Shown here piece by piece: positions 53,201 through 64,000 of a stretch of 64,000 bases of DNA. Origin of the DNA: Malacoraja senta (Eukaryota). The notes under the pieces were generated by a model that saw only the letters and a list, made by a program, of their open reading frames with translations, searched no databases and was not told the DNA's origin. The stretch covers positions 10,108,001 to 10,172,000 of the forward strand of contig CM075995.1 in the NCBI GenBank assembly GCA_038087875.1. The letters run 5' to 3'. Each line of letters begins with the position of its first letter. Position 1 is the stretch's first letter. The position numbers and the translations under genes were made by a program.

Positions 53201-53895
53201 GCTCCAGTACAAGCTGCTCTAAGAATCCATCTTGGAGGCACTCCATAAACTCCCTTTCTTGGGGTCCAGTACCAACCTGATTTTCCCAGTCTACCTGCAT
53301 GCTGAAATCTCCCATAACCACCATAGAATTACCTTTGCTACATGCCAATTTTAACTCCTGATTCAACTTGCACCCTATATCCAGGCTACTGTTCGGGGGC
53401 TGTAGATAACTCCCAATAAGGTATTTTTATCCTTACAATTACACACTTCTATCCATAGACTTTACATCTCCTGATTCTATGTCATCCCTCGCAAGGGACT
53501 GAATTTCATTCCTTAGCAACAGAGCTACCCCATCCCTTCTGCATACCTGTCTGTTTTTTTCGATAGGACGTATATCCCTGAATATTCAGTTCCCAACCCT
53601 AGTCCTCTTGCAGCCATGACTGTAATTTCCACAACATCATACTTGCCAATTTCTAACTGAGCCTCAAGCTCATCCACTTTATTTCTTATACTTCACAGAT
53701 TCATATACAACACTTTAACTTCGGTATTCACTTCCCCTCTCGCACTGGTCACTATTGCCCTTGACCTTACTCTCTTAGCCCTTCTCGAACTTTCCTTCCC
53801 ATTAATTCGGAGTCTTTTGTAACTTTTCCTGCACTCACTTCCCCTTTAACTCCTTGTTCATACTACCAATTTGTCAACCCCTCCCCCCATATTGT
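50235..53895 (-). mobile_element. CR1 LINE, degenerate near-complete ORF2
   Basis: (TAGACAA)n tail; RT and APE motifs in ORFs 50629..53366. Confidence 0.92.
52447..53090 (+). mobile_element. L1-clade 3' fragment nested in the CR1
   Basis: KLIFKFWK..WIMEMSETLHLERIR; poly(A); imperfect TSD AAAACTTAT(CAT)ATTATG. Confidence 0.82.
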
Positions 53896-54029
53896 GTCAA
53901 AAAAAACTCTGACATATATCTAACAATTTCTGCACCAAGGAAGTCCCGGTCAATATTGGGAAAATTAGTCACCCACTACGACAACCCTGTTGCTTTGCAC
54001 CTTGCCATAATCTGCTGACCTATCTGTTC

Positions 54030-54740
54030 CTCTGCATGCGTAGACTTGCTCTCTGTCCACCAAGGCCTGTTGGATCTCTCGGTTCCTAACTCCTCTTCCC
54101 ATTCCCACACTGATTTTTCAGTCTTGGGCCTCCTCCATTGCCAGAGAGAGGCCACATGCAAATTGAAGTATCAACACCTCATGTTCCACTTGGGAAGCTT
54201 ACAACCCAATGGTATAAACATTGAACTCTCCAAATTTAGATTACAAACCTTCCCCCACCCCTTGCTTCTTCCACCACCCTTGTTTCTTCCCCACTCCCTC
54301 TCCCCCTGTGCCCCACCTGGACCTAGACCTATTTCACCCCTGCCCCTTCCACCTACATTCCTTCTTCTAGCTTCACAATTCACAACTCGTCAATTCTTTT
54401 TTTTCATACCTCCTAACTTTTCATCTCTAACGTATGTCCAACCTTCTGCCTATCAGAGGGGGGCCTTATCTGTATTCATGGATTACCTGCCAGGCTTTGT
54501 CCTGCCCCACCTCTCTTCCAACCTTCTTCCTCACCCCCCACAATCAGTCTGAAGAAGAGTCCTGACCACAAACGTCACCTATCCATGTTTTCCAGAGATG
54601 CTGCCTGACCCGCTGAGTTGCACCTGCACTCTGTGAAATGTCACCTATCAATGTTCTCCACAGATGCTGCCTGACCCGCTGAGTTACTCTTGCACCATCT
54701 GTCTATTTGTAAACCAGCATCTGCAGTTCCTTGTTTCAAC
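54030..54740 (+). mobile_element. Penelope-like 3' end (GIY-YIG C-terminus + pLTR)
   Basis: SHSHTDFSVLGLLHCQ..QHLMFHLGSLQPNGINIE followed by the CTGAAGA..ACGTC pLTR motif. Confidence 0.8.
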
Positions 54741-55930
54741 CTGGATAAGAAAGATTTGGGGCCACAGACAGATGTGTCTATGGGGCATCGTGGTGCACAA
54801 GGGCAGGTTGGGCCGAAGGGCCAGATTCAGTGCTGTACGACACTATGACTGACCTTCTCTTTCTGCTTGTATCCATTAGTAATAATTTGGACAATGACCT
54901 GTGGCTGGTCACCCTCCTCTCCCAGAATGTCTGCTGCTCCTACAGACACATCCTTGACCCTGGCACAATGGAGGCAACACATCATCCTAGAGTAAAATCA
55001 AGGAACTGCAGATGCTGGTTTACCATCTTAGAGCCTCATTCTCGGACACAGAAATGCCTGTCTTTGCTCCTGTCAAAAGTGTCCCCTATCTGGCTTGCTT
55101 AGACTTTGCCTACCGGTAGAAAGTCATTGTGACATTGATCTTTCTGTTCTCATGGCTCCTAAACTGTTAATATTTGTATTTTCCTCAGCTTGAAACACTC
55201 AATCTGGGTTTTGGCCACATTTGGAGTATTGCGTGCAGTTCTGGCACCCCATTACAGGAAGGATGTGATGGCTTTACCAGGATGCTGCCTGGATAGGAGG
55301 GCATTAGCTACAAGGAGAGGTTAGGCAGACTTAGATTGTTTCCTCTGGAGCACCAGAATTTGAGGATAGAATATATAAAATTATATATATAAAATACTTG
55401 ATGGAATATATAAAATAATGAAGCACAGATTAGGTGGACAGTCTTTTCTCCAAGCGTGGATATGTGAAAACCCTCAGTGGGTAGGTTTAAGGTGAGAGTG
55501 GAAAGGAGATGTACGATGTAAGTGCCTGGAATGTACTACCAGTGGAGATGGTGGAAGCAGAGATGATAGTGGCAGTGAAGATCCAGTTATACAGGCATGT
55601 GAACAGGCAGGAATAGGGAGGGATATTGATTATGGTGCATGGGATTTGTCAGGACAGTCAGCACAGATCATAGTGAGCACAGATATCGTGGGCTGAAGGG
55701 CCAATTCCTGTGCTGTTCTCTGTTCAGAACAGCCAGGTATAGCTCCTGTCAAAGAGTACATGGGTTGGGCATAATATGCCCAGGTTCTACCACTCAACTT
55801 CTCATTGGCAATCCCTGAAGATTGAAGATGATGAGAATGTCATGTTATAGCCTAAATGTGACCTTAATTCCAGGCTTAATCCTTTTCCTATTTCCTAGGG
55901 CAAACAACACAAGAGGTTTTTTTCCAGTAT

Positions 55931-55936
55931 TTTATT
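55931..55936 (-). terminator. Candidate polyadenylation signal
   Basis: AATAAA about 64 nt after the stop, followed by the GU-rich CTTGTGTTGTTTG. Confidence 0.5.
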
Positions 55937-55999
55937 CATGATCTTGGGCCTTGTCCCAGGGGTGAAGCGTGCGATTGCCTTTGCTGTTGTGGTGGGTGC

Positions 56000-56652
56000 T
56001 CACCGTCCGTGCAACAACGTATCGGGCACAGACTGTGGCGACGCCATGCCATAGAATGGCAGGCTCCTGGGGGCCAAATTATCCCGGGAGTTTCTGCCGT
56101 TCCACGCAAGTGTAGATGCTAGGTGGCCGACCTCCACAGTCAGCTCCTTCAGTCCGGTCTTAATGCCCCTCTGAAATTCCACCAGACGGGAATTCATAGT
56201 CTCCAGCGTGGAGTCCACCATCTCCAGGTTGACCTTCACCCTGTTCATGGAGTTACACATCTGTCCCATAGCCCTCTGAGTTTTTCTGCTGTTTGTCTCA
56301 AATGCGTCCTGAAGCAGGTCTATCTTCTTCTGGAAGGTATCATTTGATTGTGACAGCCCAGAGGCAATGGCCTCTTTCACCTGGGACTCAATGTTAGGCC
56401 TTTCACTCTCTTGTCCGGCTTGGCTGATGGGATACTCTGGCCAATTCTCATCCCAGCGATCCTCTGTTGTCTTTGTTGATCTGGAGGTGGGAGCAGTTTT
56501 GTCCTCTGTTGTCCTTGATCTGGAGGTGGGAGCAGTTTTGTTCTGATCGCTTGGGCACGTGCAGGTTGTGGTTGCTGGTGTGTTATGGAACTGGGGCCTG
56601 CTCCAAATGCTAGTGGGATAGTCACACATGAAATCCTCTCTCTCTCTTCTGC
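56000..56652 (-). CDS. Putative terminal exon of an unidentified gene (coiled-coil C-terminus)
   Basis: attatttttcAG acceptor at 56653-56654; open frame to TGA at 56000-56002; heptad-like helical stretch; AATAAA at 55931-55936; not similar to any repeat in the window. Confidence 0.55.
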
Positions 56653-56916
56653 CTGAAAAATAATGGTGATTGTGGTGACCAAGTGTAAAGGATTCTCACA
56701 AACACACTGTCTGTTCTTTCCTTGCCTAATTATTTGATACGTGTGCAAGTTCAGTGGAGGCAGTGGTGATGAAATGTCAGCTTGCAGTTGAGAAAGCTGG
56801 TCCACATCATTACCTTTACAGTTAGATTCCAGTAAAATAACACCCTGCTGTTGTCACGGCAATAGCTGGAGTTTTGCCCCACTCCAAAGGTTACAGTCAG
56901 CCATTCGGTTAGTAGG

Positions 56917-57208
56917 CAGCACAGTGACACAGCGTAGAGTTGCTGCCTTACAGCACCAGCGACCCGGGTTCAATCCTGACTATATGTCTGTATGGAGTTC
57001 AATCCTGACCATAAGTCTGTATGGAGTTTCTATGTTCTCCCTGTGACCGTGTGGGTTTCCTCCAGGTTCCTCCCACATTCCAAAGTCGTGCAGATTTGTA
57101 GGTTAATTGGCACATAGAACCTGTGTATGGGTGATTGTCGGTCGGCGTGGACTTGCTGTGCTGAAGGGCCTGTTTCCATGCTCTATCTCTAAACTAAACT
57201 AAACTAAA
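56917..57208 (+). mobile_element. tRNA-derived SINE
   Basis: A/B boxes and a (CTAAA)n tail. Confidence 0.82.
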
Positions 57209-58102
57209 CATTTAATTCAGCTGAAATGGTTGTTAACCTGAAATAGTTTACCTCTCTCCATAGATGCAGCCTAACCTGCTAAGTCCATTTTTTTGTTGGC
57301 TTGGATCAGACTTTGTCACCAAGACAGTTGTGGAAGAGCAGTTAACACAGCTTAGAAGCAAACTGCTTCAAGAAAAATTTACCGTACCTCTTGTGCTTCT
57401 CCGAGAGGCCGACGGTGTTTAGAATTCCATTCCTCAAAGGGCAGTAGAGGCAGAGTCTGAGAGCATGTTTAAGCCAGTGGGAGATGGTGAGCAAGGGATG
57501 AAAGACTTTCTGGGAGTGGAGGGGACGTGGATTTGAGACCTTAATCAGACCAGCCATGATCTTACTAAATGTTCGACTGGCCTGAAATGCTGAAACTACT
57601 CGCAATTCCGATATCACCCGATCATCCTCTCAAGTATCAACTGGTTGCAAGACAAGAGAGAGAGAATAGCAAAGGCACAGAATGTACTCTGTTGGAGATT
57701 CAATGTCAAGTGCTAGACAGGGTTGGAAAGGGGAGCTGGGGCGAGAAGGAAGGGCAGGACTTTGTTCCTCTGCCGTTGAGGAACAGCCCACACCCATTGT
57801 ATCAGAAACACTCTGCAACCTGTAATTCCTGTGTACAGCTCAGCCAGAGTTTGAAGTGTTGAATAAACATTGCAGTGTGAGTATGGCGCGTCGTTTGTGA
57901 AGGCAAGCTACACTGTTGCAGGAAGTCGATGATACACAATGATGTTCCCTGTGTGTCAGAATTTATGGACTGAACCTGTAATCTCTGCAGAAAGCATTTG
58001 AAGTCAGGGGTGAAACATTCCCCTCCCAATCCCGTGTTTGCTAACAATTGTGAAATAAAACTGCTGAATAACTTACACCTGACTCATTAACTGTTTGCAT
58101 GG

Positions 58103-58292
58103 TAGACAAAAATGCTGGAGAAACTCAGCGGGTGAGGCAGCATCTATGGAGCGAGACACTTCTTCTGAAGAAGGGTCTCAACCCGAAACGTCGCCTATTT
58201 CCTTTGCTCCATAGATACTGCCTCACCCGCTGAGTTTCTCCAGCATTTTTGTCTACCTTCAATTTTCCAGCATCTGCAGTTCTTTCGTAAAC
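58103..58292. mobile_element. Penelope pLTR-derived fold-back insertion
   Basis: 14-bp TSD AACTGTTTGCATGG (58089-58102, 58293-58306); ~50-bp inverted repeat around the CTGAAGA..GAAACGTC core. Confidence 0.82.
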
Positions 58293-58569
58293 AACTGTTT
58301 GCATGGAATCTTTTAAGGAAAGTTAAGCAGTGTTAGGTTTAAGGTGACAGAATCGAGTTTAGAAAGTCATACGACATCCATGCCAATAAAGATGTCCTTC
58401 CAAGCTAGTCCCCGTATGCCTGTGCCTGTGCCTGTGCCTGGTCCAAATCCCTGTAAACCTTTTCTATTCATGTACCTCTCCCATGTAACTTAAATGTTGT
58501 TATTGTACCTCCCACAACAACTACCGTTCCATGTGACCATCACGGTCTGTGTGAAAAGTTCTATTTTCG

Positions 58570-61500
58570 GAAAGACAGACAGGTGGGCAGAGGGGGTAGG
58601 GTAGCTCTGTTGGTAAGAAATGATATTCAGTCCTTAGCAAGGGGTGACAAGGATCAGAAGATGTAGACTTTGTGGATAGAGCTGAGAAATTGTAAGGGTA
58701 AAAGACATTTACAGGCTCCCAAACTGCAGCCAGGATATAGGAAACAAGTTACATCAGGAGATACAATTGGCATGTAAGAAAGGCTATGCTACGGTGGTCA
58801 TGGGAGATTTCAATACGCAGGTAGACTGGGAAAATCAAGTTGGTACTGGACTCCAAGAAAGGGAATTTGTAGAGTGCCTCCGAGATGGATTCTAAGAGCA
58901 GCTTGTAGTGGAGCCTACCAGGGAAAAGGCAATTCCGGATTTAGAGTTCTGGAATGTGCCGGATTTGATAAAGGAACCATTAGGAGGTAATGACCACAAC
59001 ATGATAAGTTTTAGTCTGCAATTTGAGAGGGAGAAGGTGAAATTGAATGTCGGAATGGCCAAAGTTGATTGGAAAGGGACCCTAGCAGGGGTGACAGTGG
59101 AACAGCAATGATAGGAATTTCTGGGAATAATTCGGAAGATGCAGGATCTTTTTATTCCAAAGAGGAAGAAAGATTCTAGGGAGAGAAAGAGGCGACCGTG
59201 GCTGACAAGAAAAGTCAAGGATACTATAAAACTAAAAGAGAAGGCATATAACATTGCAAAGATTAGTGGGAAGCCAGAGGATTACAAAGCTTTTAAAGAA
59301 CAACATATAACCATATAACCATAACTATATAACCATAACAGCACGGAAACAGGCCATCTCGGCCCTTCAAGACCGTGACGAACATTTTTTTTAATTTTTT
59401 AAAATTAAAAATAAATACTTCCCCCTAGTCCCATCTACCTGCACTCAGACCATAACCCTCCATTCCTTTCCCGTCCATATACCCATCCAATCTATTTTTA
59501 AAGGATAACATCGAACCTGCCTCCACCAATTCCACTGGAAGCTCATTCCACACAGCTACCACTCTCTGAGTAAAGAAGTTCCCCCTAATGTTCCCCCTAA
59601 ACTTCTGTCCCTTAATTCTCAAGTCATGTCCCCTTGTTTGAATCTTCCCTACTCTCAAGGGGAAAAGCTTATCCACGTCCACTGTGTCTAACCCGCTCAT
59701 AATTTTAAAGACCTCTATCAAGTCCCCTCTTAACCTTCTGCGCTCCAAAGAATAAAGACCTAACTTGTTCAACCTTTCTCTGTAACTTAGTTGCTGAAAC
59801 CCAGGCAACATTCTAGTAAATCTCCTCTGTACTCTCTCTATTTTGTTGACATCCTTCCTATAATTAGGCGACCAAAATTGTACTCCATACTCCAGAATTG
59901 GCTCACCAATGCCTTGTACAATTTTAACATTACATCCCAACTTCTATATTCAATGCTCTGATTTATAAAGGCCAGCACACCAAAAGCTTTCTTTACCACC
60001 CTATCTACATGAGATTCCACCTTCAGGGAACTATGCACAGTTATTCCTAGATCCCTCTGTTCAACTGCATTCCTCAATTCGCTACCATTTACCGTGTGCG
60101 TCCTATTTTGATTTGTCCTGCCGAGATGTAGCACCTCACATTTGTCAGCATTAAACTCCATCTACCATCTTTCAGCCCACTCTTCCAAATGGCCTAAATC
60201 TCTCTGTAGACTTTTGAAAATCTACTTCATTATCCACAACACCACCTATCTTAGTATCATCTGCATACTTACTAATCCAATTTTCCACACCATCATCCAG
60301 ATCATTGATGTACATGACAAACAACAGTGGACCCAACACAGACACCTGAGGCACCCCACTAGTCACCGGCCTCCAACCTGACAAACAGCCATCCACCATT
60401 ACTCTCTGGCATCTCCCATTCAGCCACTGTTGAATCCATCTTGCTACTCCACCATTAATACCCAACAATTGAATCTTCTTAACCAACTTTCCATGAGGAA
60501 CCTTGTCAAAGGCCTTACTGAAGTCCATATAGACAACATCCACTGCTTTACCCTCATCAATTTCCCTAGTAACCTCTTCGAAAAATTCAAGAAGATTAGT
60601 CAAGCATGACCTTCCAGCACAAATCCATGTTGACTGTTCCTAATCAGACCCTGCTTATCCAGATGCTTATATATATTATCTTTAAGTATCCTTTCCATTA
60701 ATTTGCCCACCACTGACGTCAAACTAACAGGTCTATAATTGCTAGGTTTACTCTTCGAACCCTTTTTAAACAACGGAACCAACATGCGCCGTACGCCAAT
60801 CCTCCGGCACTATTCCCGTTTCTAATGACATTTGAAATATTTCTGTCATAGCCCCTGCTATTTCTACACTAACTTCCCTCAATGTCCTAGGGAATATCCT
60901 GTCAGGACCTGGAGACTTATCCGTTTTCATATTTTTAAAAAGTGTCCGCACCTCCTCTTCTTTGAATCTCACAGTTTCCATTGCTACTCTGCTTGTTTCC
61001 CTTACCTCACATAATGCCATATCCTTCTCCTTCGTAAATACCGAAGAAAAGAAATTGTTCAATATCTCCCCCATCTCTTTTGGCTCTGCAGATAGCTGTC
61101 CACTCTGACTCTCTAATGGACCAATTTTATTCCTTGTTATCCTTTAGCTATTAATATAGCTGTAGAAACCCTTTGGATTTACTTTCACCTTACTTGCCAA
61201 AGCAACCTCATATCTTCTTTTAGCTTTTCTAATTTCTTAGTTACAGAAGGTAACTAAAAAGACAATATGGGGAGAAAGATGAAATATGAAGGTAAGCTAG
61301 CCAATAATATAAAAGAGGATAGCAAGAGTTTCTTCAGTTATATAAAGAGTAAGAAAGAGGCAAGAGTGGACGTTGGGCCGCTGGAGAATGATGCAGGAGT
61401 AAAGATAACGAGGAATAAAGAAATGGCAGAGGGGTTGAATAATTGTTTTGAATCAGTTTTCACAGTGGAAGACACCAGCAACGTGCCTGAAATTTTCAAG

Positions 61501-63200
61501 AGAGTCAGGAGGTGGAAGTTAGTGGAGTGGCTATTACTAGGGAAAAGGTGCTTTGGAAGCTGAAAGGGCTGAAGGTGGATAAGTCACCTGTGGTTTTAGA
61601 GATTGTGGAGGCATTGATAGTGATATTTCAAGAATCACTAGAGTCAGGAGTGGTTCCAGATGATGGGAAAATTGCCAATATTATCCTGTTGCACAAGAAG
61701 GGAGCAAAGCAGAATAGTTAGAACTATAGGCCGGTTAGTCTGACTTCAGTGGTTGGTAAGATTTTAGAGTACATTGTAAAGGAATGGAATGGATACTTTA
61801 TTGTCACATGTGACTAGGCACAGTGAAATTCTTTGCTGTGTACCCAATGTATGCAAATGATGAGGTTACGGAGTATTTAGAAGTTCACGATAAAATAAGC
61901 CGGTCAGCATAGCTTTGTGAAGGGGAGGTCTTGCCTGACAAATTTGCTGGAATTCTTTGAAGAAGTAAATAGCAGGACAGACAGTACATGTTATTTACCT
62001 AGATTTTCAGAAAACCTTTGATAAGGTGCCACACGTGAGGTTGCTAAGTAAGATGAGAGCCCATGGTATCAAAGGGCAGATACTAGCATGGATATCAGGT
62101 TGGCTGGATGGCAGAAGGAAAAGAGTGGCAATAAAGGGGGCTTTTTCTGGTTGGCTGCCAGTGACTAGCAGAGTTCCGCAGGGCTAAGTGCTGGGGCCAC
62201 TGCTCTTCACGTTGTAACTTAATGATTTGGACGGGGTGGTTGAAGGCTTTGTGGCCAAGTTTGCGGATTATATGAAAATAGGTGAAGGAGCAGGTAGTGC
62301 AGAGAAAGCAGGAACACTACAGAAGGACTTGGACAGGTTGGGAGAGTGGGCAGAGAAGTGGCAGATGAAATATAGTGTCGCAAAGTGTGGAGTCATGTAT
62401 TTTGGTAGTAGGAATAAAGGCACAGATTATTTTCTAAATGGGGAGCGAATCGAGAAATCGGAGATACAAAGTGACTTGGGAGTGCTGGTGCAGGATTCCC
62501 AAAAAGTTAATCTGCAAGTCGAATCGGTAGTAAAGAAAGCAAACAAAGTGATAGCATTTATTTCGAGAGGATGTGTACAAAAACAGGGATGTAATGCTGA
62601 GGCTCTATAAGGCACTGGTAAGGCAGCATTTGGAATTTTGTGAGCAATTCTGGACACCATATCTGAGTAAGCATGTGGTGGCTCTGTAGAGGGTCCAGAG
62701 GAGGTTTACAAAAATGATCCCAAGAATGAGTCGGTTAACATATGGTGAGCATTTGACGGCACTGGGCCGGTACTCGCTGGAGTTTAGAAGAATGAGGGGG
62801 GACTTCATTGAAACGTGCAGAATAGTGAAAGGCTTGGATAGAGTGGATATGGAGAGGGTGTTTCCACTAGTGGGAGAGTCTAGGACTAGATGTCATAGCC
62901 TCAGAATTAAAGGACGTTCTTTTAGAAAGGAGATGAGGAGGAATTTCTTCAGACAGAGCGTGGTGAATTTGTGGATTTTTTTGCCACTGAAGGCTGTGGA
63001 GGCCAAGTCAGTAGATATATTGAAGGCAGAGATAGAAAGATTCTTGATTAGTACGGGTGCCAGAGGTTGTGGGGAGAAGGCAGGAGAATGGGGTTAGGAG
63101 GGAGAGATAGATCAGCCATGATTGAATGGCGGAGTAGACTTGTTGGGCCGATTGGCCTAATTCTGCTCCTATCACATTATCTTATGATATGATCTTATGA
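58570..63200 (+). mobile_element. Old degenerate CR1 ORF2 + 3' UTR, interrupted by a younger CR1 and a short insert at ~61782-61856
   Basis: RKDRQVGRG, EPTREKAI, KFAD and RTRCHSLRIKG motifs with many stops; resumes at ~61243. Confidence 0.88.
59305..61240 (-). mobile_element. Younger CR1, (TATAACCA)n-tail family, 5'-truncated
   Basis: RT motifs; near-identical to 17631-19530. Confidence 0.93.
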
Positions 63201-63204
63201 AAAG

Positions 63205-63760
63205 TTGTCGCTTAAAAGATTACTATTAAGTCTTTCCCCTCTCACCTTAAACCTATATCCTCCTGTTCTTTATTCCCTTACCCTGGGCAAAAGACCCTGA
63301 GCATTCACCCTACTTATTCGCTTCATAATTTTATACACCTCTATAAGATCACCCCTCAACCAGCTGTTCTCCAAGGAATAAAGTCCTAGCCTGCTCAACC
63401 TCTCCCAATAGCTTAGGCACTCGAGTCCTGGCAACATCCTTGCAAATCTTTCCGCACTCTCCAATTTAACGGCACCTTTGATATAGCAGGGTGACCAAAA
63501 GTGTATATAATACTCCGTGCTGCCTCACCAACATCCTGTACAACTATAACATAATATCCCGCGAGTCTTGGCAACATTCTTGTACATCTTCTCGGCAATC
63601 TTTCCAGCTTAATGTTGTCTATCCTATAGCAGGGTGAACACAATGAACACAATATTGAAAGTGTGGCTTTACCAACCTCTTGTACAACTGTAACATAACA
63701 TCCCAACTTCAATACTCAATGCTTTTACGGATCATTACCCTATCTTCCTGTGGTGCCAGA
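63205..63760 (-). mobile_element. Degenerate CR1 3' fragments
   Basis: RLGLYSLE..LRGDLIEVYKIM motif; partial internal duplication. Confidence 0.8.
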
Positions 63761-64000
63761 TCTCTCTAATATTTGAAACTTATGTCAAGAAGGTACAAAA
63801 GGAGAGGGATTTCTCACTGGCAGCCAGATCAATGACAAGAGATTTAATTGGATCTAAGCCCAGTGGTCAGAAGAGAGAATATGTCAATGCTGTGAGACTG
63901 GAATGCGAGGCTGGATGGATGCATGGGACACATTCAGTAGCATTTTTCAAAGATGCATTAGACTGATCGTAGGAAATATGCAGATTGTGAGAAAGAGCAG

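Noticed and set aside
57688..57819. Possible upstream exon (LQSVSDTMG...DIESPTE) of the 56-kb orphan
   Set aside because: Weak splice signals and no phase-consistent path could be established by eye.

Overview
Vertebrate genomic DNA, most likely a cartilaginous fish (skate/ray/shark-type CR1, Rex1, tRNA-SINE and Penelope repeats). It is mostly intronic transposon debris around short exons of two host genes, both on the - strand. Left of a 200-N gap (19756-19955) are three LRR exons of SCRIB (Scribble). Right of it are six internal exons of IQANK1 (IQ motif + ankyrin repeats), one with a +1 frameshift in a G10 homopolymer. The SCRIB 5' exons and IQANK1 3' exons are not visible and the splice phases do not join, which suggests a mis-oriented contig at the gap. 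The most structured feature is a ~15 kb nested stack filling one IQANK1 intron: a DIRS tyrosine-recombinase retrotransposon (21451-36422) with intact termini, ICR and ATT junctions contains a second, antisense DIRS (23856-28967) and a 5'-truncated L1-clade LINE, each with its own insertion. Also present: Tc1, Gypsy LTR+PBS, hAT-like and unclassified TIR elements, Penelope fragments with hammerhead-like cores, many minisatellites, and an unexplained spliced, polyadenylated coiled-coil exon at ~56.0-56.65 kb. I found no clearly new biological system; the orphan exon and the DIRS stack are the best leads. All calls are from reading the sequence; no searches were run.
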